Source of the DNA: Deltaproteobacteria bacterium | Lineage (GTDB): Bacteria > Desulfobacterota > Dissulfuribacteria > Dissulfuribacterales > QOAL01 | Direction: 5' to 3' | Length of the DNA stretch: 63,558 nucleotides | Assembly (NCBI GenBank): GCA_015489315.1 | Contig: WFZZ01000138.1 | Coordinates: 1 to 63,558, forward strand | In this document: in pieces, positions 17,601-26,398 of the stretch | Layout: the number at the start of each line of letters is the position of its first letter | Position numbering within the stretch: the first letter of the stretch is position 1 | Position numbers and translations under genes: made by a program | The notes under the pieces: model-generated | The model's input: only the letters and a program-made list of their open reading frames with translations | Database searches by the model: none | What the model was told of the DNA's origin: nothing

Positions 17601-18450
17601 CCTGTATCATAAAAAGAGAGGCTTTTGAGGATGTACCAACTTCTTTAAACCTTATAAATCTATCATTATTAAGGAGTTCCAAAAGGGAAATATCTTTTAT
17701 ATGGGTACCATCTCTCTTATAAAGTTTAAGTATCCAATTACCTGTTTGGGCCTGGGTCAAAAGACCAAAAATTGGAGCTCCAGGCAAAAATGATATATTA
17801 CCTGTCCCAAGCGTAATAGTTTCTCCTGTTACTACATCCTTTAATAAATAGCTTCCTCCATCATAGACTAAACATTTTGTCTCTGTGACAAAACGATGAG
17901 ATGGAAGCTTTTTATCCAGAAGATCGTATGTTTCAACATCCCCATTTTGGGTCCTATACACAAAGAGTTTTTTTGAAGAACTGTTAAATATCATAATTTT
18001 ACTATCATCTGATTTTAGTATAACTGTGCATGGAAGGGGCCTGGTGGTTTCAGCACCTGTGGCAAGTTCAACCCTGTGGATGGTTATAGAATGTTCATCA
18101 CCTTTTTTAGAGATATAGCTTAAATATCCATCTTTAATACTTAAATGTCCTGCCCAGGGAAGATATTTTGTATCTTTTCCTTTAGAGAAGGAGACCTCAT
18201 AGGTCTTCTTTCCATTATCTAAATTCACAATACATACCACTATCTTGTAAAAATCTGGATCGTCCTTGGTCAATTTATATAGCACAGCCATATAGCTGCC
18301 CTTTGTGAGAAGGGTAGCTACGTTTATATGAATGTCTCTTTCTCCTGTATAAAGTGTGGCGACTTTATCTATAGGTGGTGAAAAACCCCAGGATATGCTG
18401 CCAATAAATAAAAGGAGTGATACCAAAGAAGAAAAGGAATATTTTTTCAT
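14638..18450 (-). CDS. 1270-aa secreted hypothetical protein, no recognisable domain
   Basis: Uninterrupted ORF with a signal peptide (MKKYSFSSLVSLLLFIGSISWG). Beta-rich N-terminal two thirds and a Cys-containing C-terminal region. Confidence 0.7.
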   Translation of the reverse strand: MKKYSFSSLVSLLLFIGSISWGFSPPIDKVATLYTGERDIHINVATLLTKGSYMAVLYKLTKDDPDFYKIVVCIVNLDNGKKTYEVSFSKGKDTKYLPWAGHLSIKDGYLSYISKKGDEHSITIHRVELATGAETTRPLPCTVILKSDDSKIMIFNSSSKKLFVYRTQNGDVETYDLLDKKLPSHRFVTETKCLVYDGGSYLLKDVVTGETITLGTGNISFLPGAPIFGLLTQAQTGNWILKLYKRDGTHIKDISLLELLNNDRFIRFKEVGTSSKASLFMIQAGINPSKTHYLLIDTSGNIIKKISGQDIENVKIVDEEHLIVFRHIVTDNNPYWTVEYDDTSFVLPSIANLSPYNGHYINFGTGERLLIDFDGSNGLKYSLSDGKIKGLYLFPEKYITKFVKIHNNRVYILSFNRGEPADDKKASLGIYSFLASTPGWIPVDISFSPTFNEPDVLYEDTDTRVDIRGNCKYGLDELTIDVDKGSIFHSNQAYIWHTPNTKASEETAHLIFKLGPIISRYPVTIKKSQNVLSIHLENDKRNRDPWVFNIDGIIDNKLDKDIDGLKWTVKTKGIRPSIKGRTWTDILPKIISRNGSSFSIYGNILARDVEVKWDGYKIVRSFTVSLDSKWGHAESSISDNLTIESKYYFSIEFKDRDTGKIPLEIDKYDLNRLKIFTENGENITDKLQISFKGPHWRTDKPSKKDQRVGNGIIVSGISPGLSEKPLNLILRYGPFTKKVSLFFDARYGYRYSPPTFVMGVDEEAGLKFVIKDDDGNQINNANIIVKKVGSDFSYLDYSTLSPGKYDIFIWKVGYMPYHGEIALERRKKKTLEVTLKKFVGMVFNLESYYKGPLKDVKRCEIKDVLNLIRITDHIYIMPEGHDILYFGVTYKIGYPDIKVAKVFAEDEYSVYCGIRKAKEENYIYLDRVYQGKPIKTLKEDELFRSPDSIKSVKIEKPTLILVELEANAKHTKEERFGIWFFPSSWNSYKTEALQGVLLYSLRGVDLNRFFSFGDEAEKYLKSKGSQFSTSAFDGILWYGISSLDFLKGAMGIPDFGLTDIGNTAIQYHVDYTINKEIVRIKIEEKDLDKLDNLLTDSLLTGVSGEVFSALSTIVSAGEWAKGLSYVVKDAVAKTVAGAILEALTGTKNFNIIKNTLKSFLEPVNNIIVAVEENNPQSIKETMKNLCPCAVESCGTGEPSLSDIFALEFTNIIEWESGNSWPPCLPENYKSYHNDIKYLASEKAMKCYKPVIRLLFDIAAPVIDACIMKVE

Positions 18451-18574
18451 TTTTCGCCTTACCTAATTATATGATTTTAAAAATATTAGCACAGATTTTA
18501 TTATTTAAAAAAATAAATGTGTCACACTCCTTATATGATCAGGATTTAGCCAAATATTTTCGCTTTTTTAATTT

Positions 18575-18603
18575 TTTTTAAACATTCTCTAAGGCCCATC
18601 GTC
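18575..18603 (+). promoter_or_regulatory. ECF-type promoter of the lipoprotein-DUF1800-DUF1501 operon (TTTTTAAAC-N16-CGTC)
   Basis: Reads TTTTTAAAC ATTCTCTAAGGCCCAT CGTCTTTT, 33 nt upstream of ATG 18637 (RBS AGGAGG). Confidence 0.55.
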
Positions 18604-18636
18604 TTTTAAATAAAGACAAAAATAACAGGAGGAAAC

Positions 18637-18822
18637 ATGAGGATATTTTTTCTTTTGTTATTAATGGCTATAACCCTGTTTTCCATGACTTCCTGCACCA
18701 CAAAAATAGTTGCCCGACCTTCTACACCTAAACTCACTTATAGGTACAGGGCTGTTTGGATTCCTGGACATTATACAATTACAGGCAGATGGGTAGCCGG
18801 ACATTGGAGAGTTATGCCATGA
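18637..18822 (+). CDS. small lipoprotein with PGH[WY] repeats, paralogue of 10301-10549
   Basis: Lipobox MTSC, then AVWIPGHYTITGRWVAGHW. Its stop overlaps the next start (ATGA at 18819-18822). Confidence 0.65.
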   Translation: MRIFFLLLLMAITLFSMTSCTTKIVARPSTPKLTYRYRAVWIPGHYTITGRWVAGHWRVMP

Positions 18823-20210
18823 AATCACAATTTAGAGATCTTACGCCTTACAAACCATCCCATGAATTTCCGTGGGACAGAAATAGGGTCGGTCATCTCT
18901 TAAGGCGGACTCGAATAGGAGATCCTTCACCCCAAGAAATTGACAGATTTTTAAACCTTGGGCCAGATAGGGCCGTGGATGTCCTTTTTGAGTTTCCACA
19001 GCTTCCGGAACCATTTGAGTGGGTAAATGATCCCCCGGGTGCACCCGAAAACCCAGAAATAGACCAGGAGCGCCGGGAAGAACTGATTGATTTCATGATT
19101 GATTTAGCGCTTAAGGACATATCTATCCGGGAAAGGCTGGTCTATTTCTGGTCTAATCATTTTGTAGTTCAAGTTAGCAAGGTCAAGGACCCAAGGTGGA
19201 TGTTTAGAATAAATAATCTTTTTAGAAAAAATGCAGCAGGTAATATTCGGGAGCTTACAAAGGCAGTGGGCAAGGAACCTGCCATGCTTATATATCTGGA
19301 CGGAGTAAAAAATACCAAAAGGCAGATCAATGAAAACTACGCCAGGGAATTACAGGAACTTTTTACCATAGGAAGAGGTAATTATACGCAAAACGATGTT
19401 GTCGAGGCTGCAAGGGCCTTTACGGGATGGAAGATAAATAAAACAACTGGAAAGTCATATTTTGTTCCTTGGCTTTTTGACGCCGGAGAAAAGACCTTTT
19501 ATGGCTATACTGGAAATTTTAATGGAGACGACATCGTTGATATAATATTTAAAAGGCCTGAGACAGCTACCTTTTTAGCTAAAAAGATATATCGTCACTT
19601 TGTCTCTTATAAAGAGGATGAGGAAGTAATCTCACAGCTCGCCACACTCCTTGTTGATAATGATTTTGAGTTGGCCCCAGTCTTAAAGACCCTTTTTAAA
19701 AGTGCTCATTTCATGGACGACATATTTATAGGTGCAGACATTAAAAGCCCACAGCAACTTTTAATCGGACTTTTACGACAGTTTAGTGGAAAACCTCCTA
19801 ATTCAAAACTTACTAGAAGACTTCTTTCTATAACAGGACAACCAATTTTAGAGCCTCCCAATGTATCGGGATGGAAAGAACACGAGGCCTGGCTTGATAC
19901 TTCAACACTTATTTACAGAAAGGCCCTTTCTATCAATTTTATCGAAAGGCACAAAAAATTTGGCCTTGATATCAATGAATTTACCTACTATTACGCAAAA
20001 AGATCATCCACCACCAAAGAGCTATTTAAAAACATCATCACCGACCTCCTGCCAACAAGACTAAGTAATGAAGATTTAGAAAATATCCTTAATTTTTTTG
20101 ATATTGACCAAGATTCCTATATCAATAATCCGACTTCTACTAAAATTCAGGGAAAGGTACTAGGACTTCTAGAAACCCTAGTCCAGATGGAGGCCTTTCA
20201 ACTCACATAA
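18819..20210 (+). CDS. DUF1800 family protein
   Basis: N-terminal VGHLLRRTRIGDPSPQEI and NHF, ENYARELQELFTIG segments typical of DUF1800. ATG 18819 is coupled to the lipoprotein stop. The ORF-track start at 18756 overlaps the lipoprotein gene. Confidence 0.7.
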   Translation: MKSQFRDLTPYKPSHEFPWDRNRVGHLLRRTRIGDPSPQEIDRFLNLGPDRAVDVLFEFPQLPEPFEWVNDPPGAPENPEIDQERREELIDFMIDLALKDISIRERLVYFWSNHFVVQVSKVKDPRWMFRINNLFRKNAAGNIRELTKAVGKEPAMLIYLDGVKNTKRQINENYARELQELFTIGRGNYTQNDVVEAARAFTGWKINKTTGKSYFVPWLFDAGEKTFYGYTGNFNGDDIVDIIFKRPETATFLAKKIYRHFVSYKEDEEVISQLATLLVDNDFELAPVLKTLFKSAHFMDDIFIGADIKSPQQLLIGLLRQFSGKPPNSKLTRRLLSITGQPILEPPNVSGWKEHEAWLDTSTLIYRKALSINFIERHKKFGLDINEFTYYYAKRSSTTKELFKNIITDLLPTRLSNEDLENILNFFDIDQDSYINNPTSTKIQGKVLGLLETLVQMEAFQLT

Positions 20211-20237
20211 TCAGCTTATATAATATGGAGAGATAAA

Positions 20238-21440
20238 ATGAAAAGACGAACTTTTTTAAAATTATGCGGCTCAACCGCAGTTTCATTTTACCTGCTTCCT
20301 GAAAACATTAAGACCTTTGCTAAAGAGAAAGACTCTGAATACGACAAAAAACTTGTGGTCATTGAACTTCAAGGAGGAAATGACGGCCTTAACACCCTTA
20401 TCCCGTTTTCGGATAGTTCCTATTACAAATTAAGACCAAATATTGCAGTATCAGCGGATTCTTTAATAAAACTCAACGAAGAATTTGCCCTGCATCCAGA
20501 CCTTGAAGACCTTAAAGGCATTTGGGATCAAGGAAATATGGCAATTATTTTAGGAGTAGGATATCCAGATCCGGATCTTTCCCACTTTAGATCCACCGAT
20601 ATCTGGGAGGGGGCCAGCACTGAAGAAATTATTTATACAGGATGGCTGGGAAGATATCTGGATTTAATTAATGAAGAGCGAACTAATTTTCAGTGTCCCC
20701 CGGCAATAGAAGTCCAAAGTTCGTCTTCTCTAATATTAAAGGGCAAAAATATTTCTGGTATGGCAATTTCAGATCCAGAGATGTTATTTAAGATACAGGA
20801 GATGTTGACAGATATTCCTGACCTAAATGAGAATGGCACTCTCATGGAAAATGAAGAAATTTTATTTGTCAAAGGACTTCAAAGTGAAATTGACAGATAT
20901 CTGAACTCTATTAAGACAGCCTGGGAAAAGGGTGATTCTGGCTACAATTATCCAGAATATGGGCTATCAATGGACCTATCTGCTATTGCCAGACTTATAA
21001 AAGGAGGGCTTGGAACCAGCATCTACGTTGCAAGGCTTTCTGGGTTTGATACCCATGTGAATCAACTTTCCACTCATCCCATTCTTTTAAAAGAACTTGC
21101 AAGCAGTATTAAGGCCTTTTTTGAAGATATCTCCAACATGACAAATCAAAATGAAGTAGTGATAATGACTACATCTGAATTTGGAAGAAGGGTGAAAGAT
21201 AATGGCTCAGGCACGGATCACGGCACAGCATCTGTCCACTTTGTGATAGGACAGCCAGTTAAAGGAGGATTTTACGGTGAACACCCAAGCCTTACAGACT
21301 TAGATCCTTCAGGAAATATGAAATTTAAGATAGATTTCAGACAGATGTTTGCCTCAATTCTTACAGGGCACCTTGGTATTTCAAATGGACAAGCCAGTGA
21401 AATACTTTTGGGTAGTTTTGACAGGATTCCAATATTTTAA
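20238..21440 (+). CDS. DUF1501 family protein (Tat-exported, sulfatase/alkaline-phosphatase-like fold)
   Basis: Twin-arginine leader MKRRTFLKLCG. Also LQGGNDGLNTLIP, GFDTH and SEFGRRVKDNGSGTDHG. Confidence 0.75.
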   Translation: MKRRTFLKLCGSTAVSFYLLPENIKTFAKEKDSEYDKKLVVIELQGGNDGLNTLIPFSDSSYYKLRPNIAVSADSLIKLNEEFALHPDLEDLKGIWDQGNMAIILGVGYPDPDLSHFRSTDIWEGASTEEIIYTGWLGRYLDLINEERTNFQCPPAIEVQSSSSLILKGKNISGMAISDPEMLFKIQEMLTDIPDLNENGTLMENEEILFVKGLQSEIDRYLNSIKTAWEKGDSGYNYPEYGLSMDLSAIARLIKGGLGTSIYVARLSGFDTHVNQLSTHPILLKELASSIKAFFEDISNMTNQNEVVIMTTSEFGRRVKDNGSGTDHGTASVHFVIGQPVKGGFYGEHPSLTDLDPSGNMKFKIDFRQMFASILTGHLGISNGQASEILLGSFDRIPIF

Positions 21441-21463
21441 AAGGACTAACTAATTGGAGAATT

Positions 21464-24100
21464 TCAACTTGCTAAAATTTCTTTAACCTTTGAGGTTATA
21501 GTTTTTATGTTAAAGGGTTTTGCAATAAAGGGGAAATTGGAAAGGCCGTCTTTATTTTCGATCACTTCTTCAGAATAACCAGACATAAAAAGAACCTTCA
21601 TTTTAGGTCTTATCTTTTTCATTCTCCTTATAAGTTCTATTCCACTCATGCCAGGCATTACTAAATCTGTAATGAATAGGGCGGGGTTTAATCCCTTTTC
21701 TTCAACCAACAATATTGCCTCTCCTCCATTTGCTGCAGTAATTACCTGATAACCATGTATGGACAACATCTCCTTGAGCATTTCCCTTAAAACCACTTCA
21801 TCTTCTACCACAAGAATTAGCTCTCCCTTGCCAAAATCCACTGGTCCTTCAGATACCTGGCCAGCAGATTCTTCTTTTTCATAAGTTACTGGAAAGAAGA
21901 CCTTGAAGATGGAACCCTTTCCAGGTTTTGACTCCACAAAAATTTCACCCTTTAGCTGTTTGACAATTCCATAAACAGAGGCAAGCCCCAAACCAGTACC
22001 CTTTTCGCTTTCTTTTGTAGTAAAAAAAGGCTCAAAGATCCTTGAAAGCGTCTCTTCATCCATTCCCACTCCTTGATCTTTAACACTCAACATTACATAT
22101 GCAGTTCCATTTTTAATTTTCTTTGGGAAAAGAGCCTCTTGATGCTCAGAAATATTTTTTGTTTCTATAATAAGGCTTCCACCCTCTGGCATGGCATCTC
22201 GGGCATTTACAACAAGATTCATTATAACTTGTTCTATCTGAGTTGGATCTACCTTAACCTTTGAAAGGTTATCATCAAGCACCAATTTCAAAGATATGTT
22301 TTCCCCTATAAGACGTGATAACATCTTCCTGAGATTTTTTATAACCTCATTTAGATCCACAATTTCTGGTTTTAATGGTTGTCTCCTGCTAAAGGCCAAA
22401 AGCTGACTTGTTAATGACTTTGACCTCTTGGCAGCCTCCATGATCTGATCAATATATTGTTTTAATGGATCTTCTGGATGAACCTTTGAAAGCATTATCT
22501 CACCGTAGCCAAGGATTACTCCGAGCATATTATTAAAATCATGTGCTACTCCACCAGCAAGTCTGCCAATAGCCTCCATCTTTTGGGCCTGTTGAAACTG
22601 TCTTTCAAGCTCTCTCTTTTCTGTAATGTCGTCTTGGATCCCCATGTAATGGGTTATATTGCCCTCTGAATCAAAAATTGGACTTATTATCACCTGTGTC
22701 CAATAAAGGCTTCCATCTTTTCTACGATTGCAAAACTCGCCATGCCAGCTTTTTCCAGATGAGATAGTATCCCAAAGGGTACTGTAAGTTTCCTTTGTTA
22801 CCTTTCCAGACTGAAGCACCCGTGGATTCATTCCATGGATCTCCTCAAAGGAATAGCCTGTCATCCTGGAAAAGGCAGGATTTACATATTCAATGCGTCC
22901 TTTTGTATCTGTCACAATAACAGCAGCAGGACTTTGTTCTACAGCCTTAGAAAGTTTTCTGATGTTTTCTTCTGCCAGTCTTCTTTCCGAAATATCCCTA
23001 ATAATCCCTTGTATTGCTAAGCCTTTATTGAAAGGAATCGAAGAAAGACTTGTTTCACAGATTATCCTTTTTCCATCCCTGGTAGTACCAAAAAATTCGT
23101 AAAGTCCCGATGAAGACTTGCCCTTTTCAAATAATTCGACCTGTTTTTTAAAACCATCCCTGTCTTCTTCCGAAACAATTTTAAAAAAATCAAAATCACT
23201 TCCAAGACACTCTTCTTTTGAATATCCAAACATATTCACAAAGGCGTTGTTCACCAATTCAATTTTCCCATTATAAAGGAAAAATATGGCATCACTTGAT
23301 TGTTCTAAAAGCCCTTGATATTGAGCTTTAAGAAGCTTTTTCTCTGTAAGATCATTTATAAGGGTCATAAAATGGGCCTCATCTGGAGGTCCGAGAGGTA
23401 AAGAAGTCAATTCCACTTCCATCTCTCTCCCATCTTTAGATATGACCCTTAATTGAATCGGACTGAAGGTTTCACCTTTAGTCAAGCGCTCATATCGCAT
23501 TTTAATTAGGGGTAAAAACTCGGGATGGATGAAATCAAATACACTCTTACCTAAAACTTCATCAAGACTTTCATATCCAGAATGCCTTAAAGTGGCAGGA
23601 TTAGCATAAGTAATAATCCCATTTTTATGAACTACTATGGAAATTGGCGCAGCTTCAACAAGCCTTCGAAATCTTTCTTCACTTTCCCTTAAAGATTCTA
23701 TAGCCTCCTTTTTTTCTTTTATTATCCTTTTTCTTTCAAGGGCAGATTGTATTGCAGGCCCGATCCTTTCAAGATTTTCTTTTAAAATGTAATCCCATGC
23801 CCCTGCCTTCATGCATTCAACAGCAGTTTGTTCATTGATCGAGCCAGTAACAATTATAAAGGGAAGATTTTCATCAAAGGATTTGACGACTTTCAGGGCA
23901 TCTAGCCCGGTAAAGCCAGGTAGAAGATAATCTGAAAGGATTATATCAGGTCTAAAATTAACTAGTTCCCTTCTAAAATCGCTCTCATTGTCTAATATCT
24001 TTGTTTCAGTCTGAAAATTCAGCTTTTTAAGTTCTCTTAAAATCAATTCTGCATCAGAATATAAATCCTCCAGTAAAAGGAGACGTATATTGCTCGTCAT
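21464..24100 (-). CDS. hybrid sensor histidine kinase (REC-PAS x3-HisKA-HATPase-REC)
   Basis: N-terminal receiver (LLLEDL..ILSDYLLPG), PAS-like segments, H-box GGVAHDFNNML, GTGLGLA, and C-terminal receiver (ILVVEDE..FITDLVMPGMSG). ATG 24100 has RBS AAGGTGG. The ORF-track start at 24118 is TTG. Confidence 0.85.
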   Translation of the reverse strand: MTSNIRLLLLEDLYSDAELILRELKKLNFQTETKILDNESDFRRELVNFRPDIILSDYLLPGFTGLDALKVVKSFDENLPFIIVTGSINEQTAVECMKAGAWDYILKENLERIGPAIQSALERKRIIKEKKEAIESLRESEERFRRLVEAAPISIVVHKNGIITYANPATLRHSGYESLDEVLGKSVFDFIHPEFLPLIKMRYERLTKGETFSPIQLRVISKDGREMEVELTSLPLGPPDEAHFMTLINDLTEKKLLKAQYQGLLEQSSDAIFFLYNGKIELVNNAFVNMFGYSKEECLGSDFDFFKIVSEEDRDGFKKQVELFEKGKSSSGLYEFFGTTRDGKRIICETSLSSIPFNKGLAIQGIIRDISERRLAEENIRKLSKAVEQSPAAVIVTDTKGRIEYVNPAFSRMTGYSFEEIHGMNPRVLQSGKVTKETYSTLWDTISSGKSWHGEFCNRRKDGSLYWTQVIISPIFDSEGNITHYMGIQDDITEKRELERQFQQAQKMEAIGRLAGGVAHDFNNMLGVILGYGEIMLSKVHPEDPLKQYIDQIMEAAKRSKSLTSQLLAFSRRQPLKPEIVDLNEVIKNLRKMLSRLIGENISLKLVLDDNLSKVKVDPTQIEQVIMNLVVNARDAMPEGGSLIIETKNISEHQEALFPKKIKNGTAYVMLSVKDQGVGMDEETLSRIFEPFFTTKESEKGTGLGLASVYGIVKQLKGEIFVESKPGKGSIFKVFFPVTYEKEESAGQVSEGPVDFGKGELILVVEDEVVLREMLKEMLSIHGYQVITAANGGEAILLVEEKGLNPALFITDLVMPGMSGIELIRRMKKIRPKMKVLFMSGYSEEVIENKDGLSNFPFIAKPFNIKTITSKVKEILAS

Positions 24101-24162
24101 AAACCCACCTTTTCTCAAAAGGATTACTTGCCCTCATTCCAAAAATATTTACTAGCCCACAA

Positions 24163-26070
24163 CTAAAGGCCTTTTTTGGCTAAAGTAAAATAAAAGATGG
24201 CGCCTTTTCCTTTCTGTGACTCAGCCCAAACCCGTCCGCCATGTCTGTTGATAATTCGCCTTACGATGGAAAGCCCCACACCAGTTCCTGGAAATTCTCT
24301 CTGAGGATGAAGGCGCTGAAATATATCGAAAAGTCTGTGGGTATATTTGGGATCAAACCCAACTCCATTATCTTTAACAAAATAAGCTGATCCATATTTG
24401 GTTTCTTTATAACCAATCTCAATTGATGGAGATGACCTTGTGCCAGTAAACTTAATGGCATTTGATATAAGATTGTGGAAGACCCTTTTCATCAATGCTA
24501 AATCGGCCCATGCCACCGGCAACTCATTTACTTTAAATCGAATCCGTTCTTTTTCTTTTTTACTTGCAATTTCATTAAAAATGGCTATCGCAAGGGCCTT
24601 CATATATATTTTGCTATGTTTTATAGATTTTCTGGTAACCCTTGAAAAATTTAAAAGATCATCTATGAGACTGGCCATTTTTTGACTATTTTCTCTAATT
24701 AGCATTAAAAGCCGTTTTGCATCGTCATCCAGAGCCTTTCTATGATCTTCGTAGAGAATCTTTGAAAAACCATTAATTGCCCGTAGAGGTGCCTTAAGGT
24801 CATGGGACACTGAAAAAGAAAATGACTCTAGTTCTTTATTTAAAAACTCCAATTCCTTAGTCCTTTCTCTAACCTTTTGCTCAAGTTCTTCTTTATGTTT
24901 TTCAAGCTCTTTTTCAAATAACTTCCTATCTGTAATATCCAAAACTGTTCCAATGGAGCGCACTGGCCTGCCATCATTATCAAAGGTGGTTTCACACTGC
25001 TCCTGCATCCATTTGATTCGTCCGTCTGGCATTAAAAGCCTGTGTTCAATCTTATAAGGTCTTCTAGTCCTTAAAGAATCTGTATAGGCCTTATCCACAA
25101 GTTTTCTGTCATCTGGATGAACCCGTTCTAAAAAGGCCTCATAGGTTGCTCCAAAATCAGTCTTTGGAATTTCAAATATCCTATAAACCTCATCGGACCA
25201 ATAGAGTTTATTATTCACAATATCTAGCTCCCAACAGCCGAAACCTGCGATTCTTTGAGCCTCTTTTAAAAGTTTTTCACTTTTTTCAAGTTGTTCTTGT
25301 ATCTTCTTTAGCCCTTCTATATCCTTTGTCACAGAAAGGGTATAGGCCTCATTTCCGATATGAATAAGCTTACAAGACATTAAGCCACTGGATATTTTTC
25401 CGCCTTTTAGTCGATACTTGGCCTCAAAATTCTTAACACGTCCTCTTTTTTTTAAGATACCTAACATTCTATCCCTGTCTCTGGGATCTGCCCAAATATT
25501 GACATCTAAAGATGTCTTACCTATAACCTCTTCTTTTGAATAGCCGGTGATTTCACAAAAGCCCTTATTAACATCGTAAAAAAGACCATCCTTTATTCTA
25601 TTTATACTAATAACATCAGGAAATTCATGAAATGCGAACCTGTACAGAGACATGTCTCTACTTAAGTTTATAAATTTTTTAAGTCTCTTAAGCTTTAAGG
25701 AAAGTTCCCATGAAAATGCAGGCAATTTCAACAAGTCGTCAAAATGACTGTCATATTCAAGGCCGTCGACCTCCTTTTGTTGCTCAAAAAGCAAAAGAAT
25801 TTGGCTCTCTTTTGGTTTTTGGGACTTAATGGAAAAAAATTCCTTTAGGGAGTCAGGGCAAAAAAGAAAAATTCCCACATCCCCAACCTTTTCAAAGTCA
25901 GTTTCCAGATACGGGATGTCTAAATCATTTAACAAACGAATTATGGAAAATCTGATGTTTTTTTCTTTAATAACGAGAAATATGGTAGGATTTTCTTTCA
26001 CGATTACCTTCTTTAGGCATACAAAGACTAGACACTTTGAATCTAGATTTAAAATGTCTTTATTGCCCAA
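24163..26070 (-). CDS. PAS-domain sensor histidine kinase with a degenerate receiver-like N-terminus
   Basis: Two PAS segments, coiled coil, H-box FSVSHDLKAPL, HNLISNAIKF, GTGVGLSIV. The start is uncertain. 26070 is TTG without an SD, while GTG at 26001 has GAAGG 5 nt upstream. Confidence 0.75.
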   Translation of the reverse strand: MGNKDILNLDSKCLVFVCLKKVIVKENPTIFLVIKEKNIRFSIIRLLNDLDIPYLETDFEKVGDVGIFLFCPDSLKEFFSIKSQKPKESQILLLFEQQKEVDGLEYDSHFDDLLKLPAFSWELSLKLKRLKKFINLSRDMSLYRFAFHEFPDVISINRIKDGLFYDVNKGFCEITGYSKEEVIGKTSLDVNIWADPRDRDRMLGILKKRGRVKNFEAKYRLKGGKISSGLMSCKLIHIGNEAYTLSVTKDIEGLKKIQEQLEKSEKLLKEAQRIAGFGCWELDIVNNKLYWSDEVYRIFEIPKTDFGATYEAFLERVHPDDRKLVDKAYTDSLRTRRPYKIEHRLLMPDGRIKWMQEQCETTFDNDGRPVRSIGTVLDITDRKLFEKELEKHKEELEQKVRERTKELEFLNKELESFSFSVSHDLKAPLRAINGFSKILYEDHRKALDDDAKRLLMLIRENSQKMASLIDDLLNFSRVTRKSIKHSKIYMKALAIAIFNEIASKKEKERIRFKVNELPVAWADLALMKRVFHNLISNAIKFTGTRSSPSIEIGYKETKYGSAYFVKDNGVGFDPKYTHRLFDIFQRLHPQREFPGTGVGLSIVRRIINRHGGRVWAESQKGKGAIFYFTLAKKGL

Positions 26071-26174
26071 TTTTACGCAAATATTACCACATATTTCTTA
26101 AGATTAAAGATTATTTTGCATCTTATAATTTTATTTTTCTAATTAACAAAAATTTATTTACTGATTCTTTTTTC

Positions 26175-26203
26175 TTGACTTATACCATTTGTCCATTTAT
26201 GGT
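26175..26203 (+). promoter_or_regulatory. sigma-70-type promoter of the cold-shock gene, implying a ~190-nt 5' UTR
   Basis: TTGACT (26175-26180), a 17-nt spacer, then TATGGT (26198-26203). The csp ATG is at 26399. Confidence 0.5.
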
Positions 26204-26398
26204 GCCCCTATTCAAAGAAATTGAGGTGGTTGTAGCCTTCCAATCAATCCCCTTCTTTCTTTGTTAATCAAGTCACTTAGTTTGGATTCAGAAGTACCTT
26301 CAAAGTGGATCTTCCCTCTTTGAGGCTTTTCGAACCAGTAAGTGCAACAAAATGGGTCGAAACACCCAAAGAATAATTTTAAAAAGGAGGAAGATCTC

